NCBI GenBank assembly: GCA_032718475.1
Contig: JAUCBJ010004995.1
Coordinates: 1 to 47,931 of the forward strand
DNA: 47,931 nt
Direction of reading: 5' to 3'
Source of the DNA: Nemertoderma westbladi
Taxonomy: Eukaryota > Animalia > Xenacoelomorpha
The notes below the pieces were generated by a model. The model did no database searches, was not told the origin of the DNA, and saw only the letters and a program-made list of their open reading frames with translations. Position 1 is the first letter of the stretch, and the number at the start of each line of letters is the position of its first letter. The position numbers were made by a program, and so were the translations under genes. Below are positions 42,850 to 47,931 of the stretch, in pieces.

Positions 42850-45800
42850 GGAAGGTGAGGGGTTTACATGTTGATGGCCAAATTGTAGACAAGTATAACC
42901 CACAGTTTTTCTTAAAACTGGGGTGGAAAACTCGCTATCTATATTGTCCTTAAACATTAATGGTATTGGGGGAAAACTTGAATCGCCCATTTTTAGTGAA
43001 TTACTGTATAAATACGATATAGTAACAATTTCTGAACTAAAAACGCAGCACAAAGTAGGTCTGCCAGGTTATGTATTTACTCGTAGTGTACGTGTCCCTG
43101 GAGAATCTCGCCGCAGTGGTGTCGGTGTCTTTATCCGATACTCTCTGTGGGAGGCAACTTGTAATATTACCCTATATAAAGACCAGGTATGGTTTTCCTT
43201 TATTTTTAATAAAGACATCCGATTCGGAGCTTTATATATTTCCCCATCTGACTCACCGTTTTTCTCACCGGATGCATTTGCCAACATTAATGCACAGTTT
43301 CATATGTACAGTAAGATTGTCATATTTGGCGATTGTAATGCTAGGATACCAGACTTAAACTCGTTTACTGACAATCTTGTGGACTGTATGACTGTTACAT
43401 ACTCACAAAATGTTGACAAAACCCAAAATGCTAAAGGACAGGAATTAAAACAATTATGCCATTTACAGAGATTAATACCAGTTAATCATGCCAATTAACC
43501 AGACAGAAATTTCGATGTCTCACTTTTAGGCAAGGAAAACGTTGGGTGTCCCTAGTAGATTGGGTGTTTTGTTCACCCCAGTTGTTGCCAAGGTTTTCAT
43601 ATTTAAACATCTTACAAACTATAAACAACACAAACCATGCTGGGCTATCATTCCATGTGAAGCCTTATCCATGTGCTGATGTTCCAGGGTTATTGACCCA
43701 GTCATCTTACTTGGGAGTTTCCTTGGTTACAAAGGATACTCCCAGGTCAAAACTGTCATACAATTCAAACGACCACCTCAAGTTTGAGACGCATTTGAAT
43801 GCAAACCCTGCGCCAATAGGGGGTCATGTAGTGCATTCAAAGATAACTGATTCTTTAGTAAATACCGCAGCTCAGTCAAAAGCACCGAGGCAGTTACAGA
43901 AACTATGGCCAAACCGGAGCCAGAGTAATAAGAAGTCTGAAAGCAGATGACATTGGTTAGCACGCAAAGGGGACTCATAATCTATCTGGAATGCAGTAGA
44001 CTGGAGCGGGTTCATGACACTTAATCCTAACACAACACCGAACGATTGCGCTGACATCCCATCTGATGAGCAATTTGCAGCACATTATGAGGATGTTAGG
44101 ACAATTGCGACCAGGACAATTGCGACCCGGACAATTGCGATCCGGACAATTGCGACCCGGACAATTGCGAATATGATTTTAGAAAAAATTGATGGGTCGC
44201 AATTGACCGGGTCGCAATTGTCCGGGTCGTAATTGTCCGGGTCGCAATTGTCCGGATCCAGATAAAAAGATGTAATGTATATCATTGATAAATATCATTG
44301 TATATCATTGACAATTGCGACCCGGACAATTGTGACCCAGACAATCCAGTCCATCAATCAATCAATCAATCAAATCAATCAATCAAATGTCTGGGTCGCA
44401 ATTGTCCGTGTCGCAATTGTCCAGACTCCCAAGGAAACTCTCGAAACCCTGCAAGACATTATAAACAATGAAATATAGGTCCAATTGAGACTATGATTCC
44501 TATTTTAGATGACGAATTAAACCCAAATGAAGTTGCCAAATGTCTAGCGAAATTTAAAGCCTCAAAATTGTAGATTTGCTACCTCCAGGGATCTTAAAAC
44601 TCTTAAACAATGATTGGTTGATCTCCCTAACCATGTGTTTCAATGACATATTTACAGGAATAGTTGTATACCCTAATGTATGGTCAATATCTCTGATGTT
44701 CTCAATTTTCAAGAAAGGAATAAAATCAGTACCAGATAATTATCATGGCATCTCGATTGCCCCAGCATTAGGTAAATTGTACGACACCATCCTTACGGAA
44801 CAATTTAATCTGTGGTCGAAACCATCATAGTTTCAAGCTGGGGCCCAGTAAGGTAGAGGGTGTATAGAGCAGATCCTATGCGCTCGTCTCGTAATAGACA
44901 TCGCAATTAGAGCAAAACGGACCATATTCATAGCCCTCATTGACTATGAGAAAGCATATGACAAAGTTGACAGGGTAGTCTTGCTACGGCGACTGAAAAA
45001 ACAGGGGTGCGGTGGAAGATTCATCAGGGCTCTTGGACAAACTATGTTGAAGACAACAAATCAAAATAAACATGGGTAACTGTCACTGTAAATTCTACTA
45101 TTTCATAGGTAAAAACTGAGATGCCCCTTTCCTAATAAAGAAGACAGTCTGGCAAGCTACTCTTAAATCATCGTTATTATATGGGTGTGAAACATGGCTG
45201 TCTCTGAACATTAAACCAGTATGTTAAATATTCTTCCGAACTCTAAAGCAGTTATTATCAGCATGGGCTTCCACACCGAACGATCTTGTTCGTATTGAAG
45301 CCGGTACGGAGCATATCAGCAGACCCCAATTAAAGTTTTTAAAATCATTGAGCTCTCGAGAGCCATACAGAGGAAGCTACCGCAGAAACATTATGCAGGA
45401 GAGTGGCTGGCTTTCACAAGGACAAGACTAAGCTCTCACCGATTGCCGATGGAGATTGGTCGCTGGTCAAGGATACTGAGAGAAAACAGACTCTGCTCAT
45501 GCGGTTCACCACAGTCAGATAGTCATATATTCTATTCATGCCCCCTCACTGCCGAAGCACGTTCGCACTTGATAGACTACCCACCAGTAACCGCCCCTCT
45601 TAGTTCAATATTCAGCACTCTGGAGTGTTGTGCCACTTCCCTTTGTTATGAAATATTGAAAATATTAGAGTCATCAAAAGAATGAAATGTCAAATGAAAT
45701 GTAAAACATGTCGGTGTAAAATAGTTAAAGTATAAAATTGTATCGCGTGAAAGTTTGTATTTATTTGTGCAATTTAATTGGACAAGATTTGTGGTGTTTA

Positions 45801-45900
45801 GTGCATTTGGTGAAGGGTTTACAGTGGTGGTCGTTCCCACATATTGAGTAATGCGCGTTTCCACCCTAAATGAAGTCAATAAAATAACTAACTATCTACT
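42850..45900 (+). mobile_element. Degraded RTEX-like LINE (ORF1 C-terminus, APE, partial RT, C-terminal Cys/His domain)
   Basis: ORF1-like end VDGQIVDKYNPQFF; APE LSLNING, ISELKT, YISPSDSPF, GDCNAR, SLVDW; RT DNYHGISI, IDYEKAYDKV, LLYGCETW; RLSSHRLPMEIGRWSR..RLCSCG..H..C. AATAAA at 45878 plus a TAAC-type tail. The QG/YADD core is deleted (~45060). Confidence 0.8.
44091..44430. mobile_element. GG-ended MITE built of 15-bp GGACAATTGCGACCC units in alternating orientation
   Basis: 5 forward units, 4 reverse, 2 forward, (ATCA)n, then 2 reverse. Ends GGATGTTAGGACAATTG / CAATTGTCCAGACTCCC. It interrupts LINE ORF2. No TSD seen. Confidence 0.75.
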
Positions 45901-46255
45901 TCAGTTTTCAGGCATCTCATATGCTGAGAGGCCTCTTTAGTTTTTAAGGTAAGTTGTATCACTGACAGTGTTTCATCATTGACCCAGAGTTCGTTGTGAA
46001 ATCACACTGGGCTCAGCCTTGCGCTATGACTGGTAACTGTTTACTACCCATGTTATATTATATTATAAATGGATGCAAAGACAAGGAGGTAGTTTTCCCC
46101 AATGTCCAGGTGAGGAACACCCGTCCCCTACAGCACCAGTAAATACAGACCCCTATCTCAGTGGCATTGTATCACTACTGATCGGTATCCGGCCCCCACA
46201 ACACTCTAAGACCCAGCCAGCTACCATGACAAGAATCAATAGTCAGATGTATGCC

Positions 46256-47931
46256 ACAGGAACTAAAGCTACAGGACCTAAAGCTACAGGACCTAAAGCT
46301 AAAGGACCTAAAGTATACCGATTTGGACCTAAAGCTACAGGACCTAAAGTATACCGATTTGGACCTAAAGCTACAGGACCTAAAGCTACAGGACCTAACG
46401 CTACGGGACCTAAAGCTACAGGACCTAAAGCTACAGGACCTAAAGTATACCGATTTGGACCTAAAGCTACAGGATCTAACGCTACAGGACCTAAAGCTAC
46501 AGGACCTAAAGCTACAGGACCTAAAGTATACCGATTTGGACCTAAAGCTACAGGATCTAACGCTACAGGACCTAAAGTATACCGATTTGGACCTAAAGCT
46601 ACAGGACCTAAAGCTACAGGACCTAACGCTACGGGACCTAAAGCTACAGGACATAAAGCTCCAGGACCTAACGCTACGGGACCTAAAGCTACAGGACCTA
46701 AAGCTACAGGACCTAACGCTACAGGACCTAAAGCTACAGGACCTAAAGCTACAGGACCTAAAGCTAAAGGACCTAAAGCTATGGGACCTAACGCTACAGG
46801 ACCTAAAGCTACAGGACCTAAAGCTACAGGACCTAAAGTATACCGATTTGGACCTAAAGCTACAGGATCTAACGCTACAGGACCTAAAGTATACCGATTT
46901 GGACCTAAAGCTACAGGACCTAACGCTACAGGACCTAAAGTATACCGATTTGGACCTAAAGCTACAGGATCTAACGCTACAGGACCTAAAGTATACCGAT
47001 TTGGACCTAAAGCTACAGGACCTAAAGCTACAGGACCTAACGCTACGGGACCTAAAGCTACAGGACATAAAGCTCCAGGACCTAACGCTACGGGACCTAA
47101 AGCTACAGGACCTAAAGCTACAGGACCTAACGCTACAGGACCTAAAGCTACAGGACCTAAAGCTACAGGACCTAAAGCTAAAGGACCTAAAGCTATGGGA
47201 CCTAACGCTACAGGACCTAATGTTATAGGACCTAATGCTACAGGATATAATGCTATGGGACCTAACGTATACCGATTTGGACCTAAAGCTACAGGATCTA
47301 ACGCTACAGGACCTAAAGTATACCGATTTGGACCTAAAGCTACAGGATCTAACGCTACAGGACCTAAAGTATACCGATTTGGACCTAAAGCTACAGGACC
47401 TAAAGCTACAGGACCTAACGCTACGGGACCTAAAGCTACAGGACCTAAAGCTTCAGGACCTAAAGCTACAGGACCTAACGCTACGGGACCTAAAGCTACA
47501 GGACATAAAGCTCCAGGACCTAACGCTACGGGACCTAAAGCTACAGGACCTAAAGCTACAGGACCTAAAGCTACGGGACCTAATGCTACAGGACCTAAAG
47601 CTACGGGACCTAACGCTATGGGACTTAACGCTTCAGGACCTAAAGCTATGGGACTTAAAGCTACAGGACCCAATGCTACAGGACCTAAAGCTACAGGACC
47701 TAAAGCTACAGGACCTAACGCTACGGACCTAATGCTACAGGACCTAAAGCTACGGGACCTAACGCTATGGGACTTAACGCTTCAGGACCTAAAGCTATGG
47801 GACTTAAAGCTACAGGACCTAATGCTACAGGACCTAAAGCTACAGGACCTAAAGCTACAGGACCTAAAGCTACAGGACATAAAGCTCCAGGACCTAACGC
47901 TACGGGACCTAAAGCTACAGGACCTAAAGCT
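46256..47931. repeat. 15-bp satellite GGACCTAAAGCTACA with interspersed 21-bp variant GGACCTAAAGTATACCGATTT; runs off the window
   Basis: About 100 units. The marker unit GGACATAAAGCTCCA recurs at ~46650, 47065, 47503 and 47877. Confidence 0.95.

Noticed and set aside
46175-47732. GPVAL / LKLQD / RSCSF repeat ORFs
   Set aside because: They are by-products of a 15/21-bp satellite and are open on both strands.

Overview
AT-rich eukaryotic genomic DNA, most likely from an invertebrate animal, dominated by transposable elements and tandem repeats. Two host genes are recognisable, both on the minus strand. One is an intact condensin subunit SMC4 with no coding introns (16473-20225). The other is the last four exons of an ABCB6/HMT-1-type half ABC transporter (35422 down to 26334), whose introns are filled with satellites, MITEs and LINEs. 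The left 16 kb is a nest of mobile DNA. It holds a BEL/Pao LTR-retrotransposon relic that goes from protease straight to the pre-integrase region with no RT/RNase H, and a second LTR+gag-like relic. It also holds a small Polinton/Maverick-like element with ~0.5-kb TIRs ending AGTAGTAG...CTACTACT (6576-14809); this element carries two small convergent genes and is interrupted by a complete hATw-type transposon with a 7-bp TSD. An inverted copy of the BEL fragment abuts its right end. The right half contains a CR1 LINE split by a 9-bp-TSD Mutator-like MITE, 39/37/35-bp minisatellites, and a young TIR element (123-bp perfect TIRs, 8-bp TSD, C2H2 ORF remnant) holding a 2.27-kb (GGGAT)n tract. It also has nested RTE and RTEX-like LINEs and a 15-bp satellite derived from a transposon end. 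All family assignments come from motifs read by eye; no database search was run.
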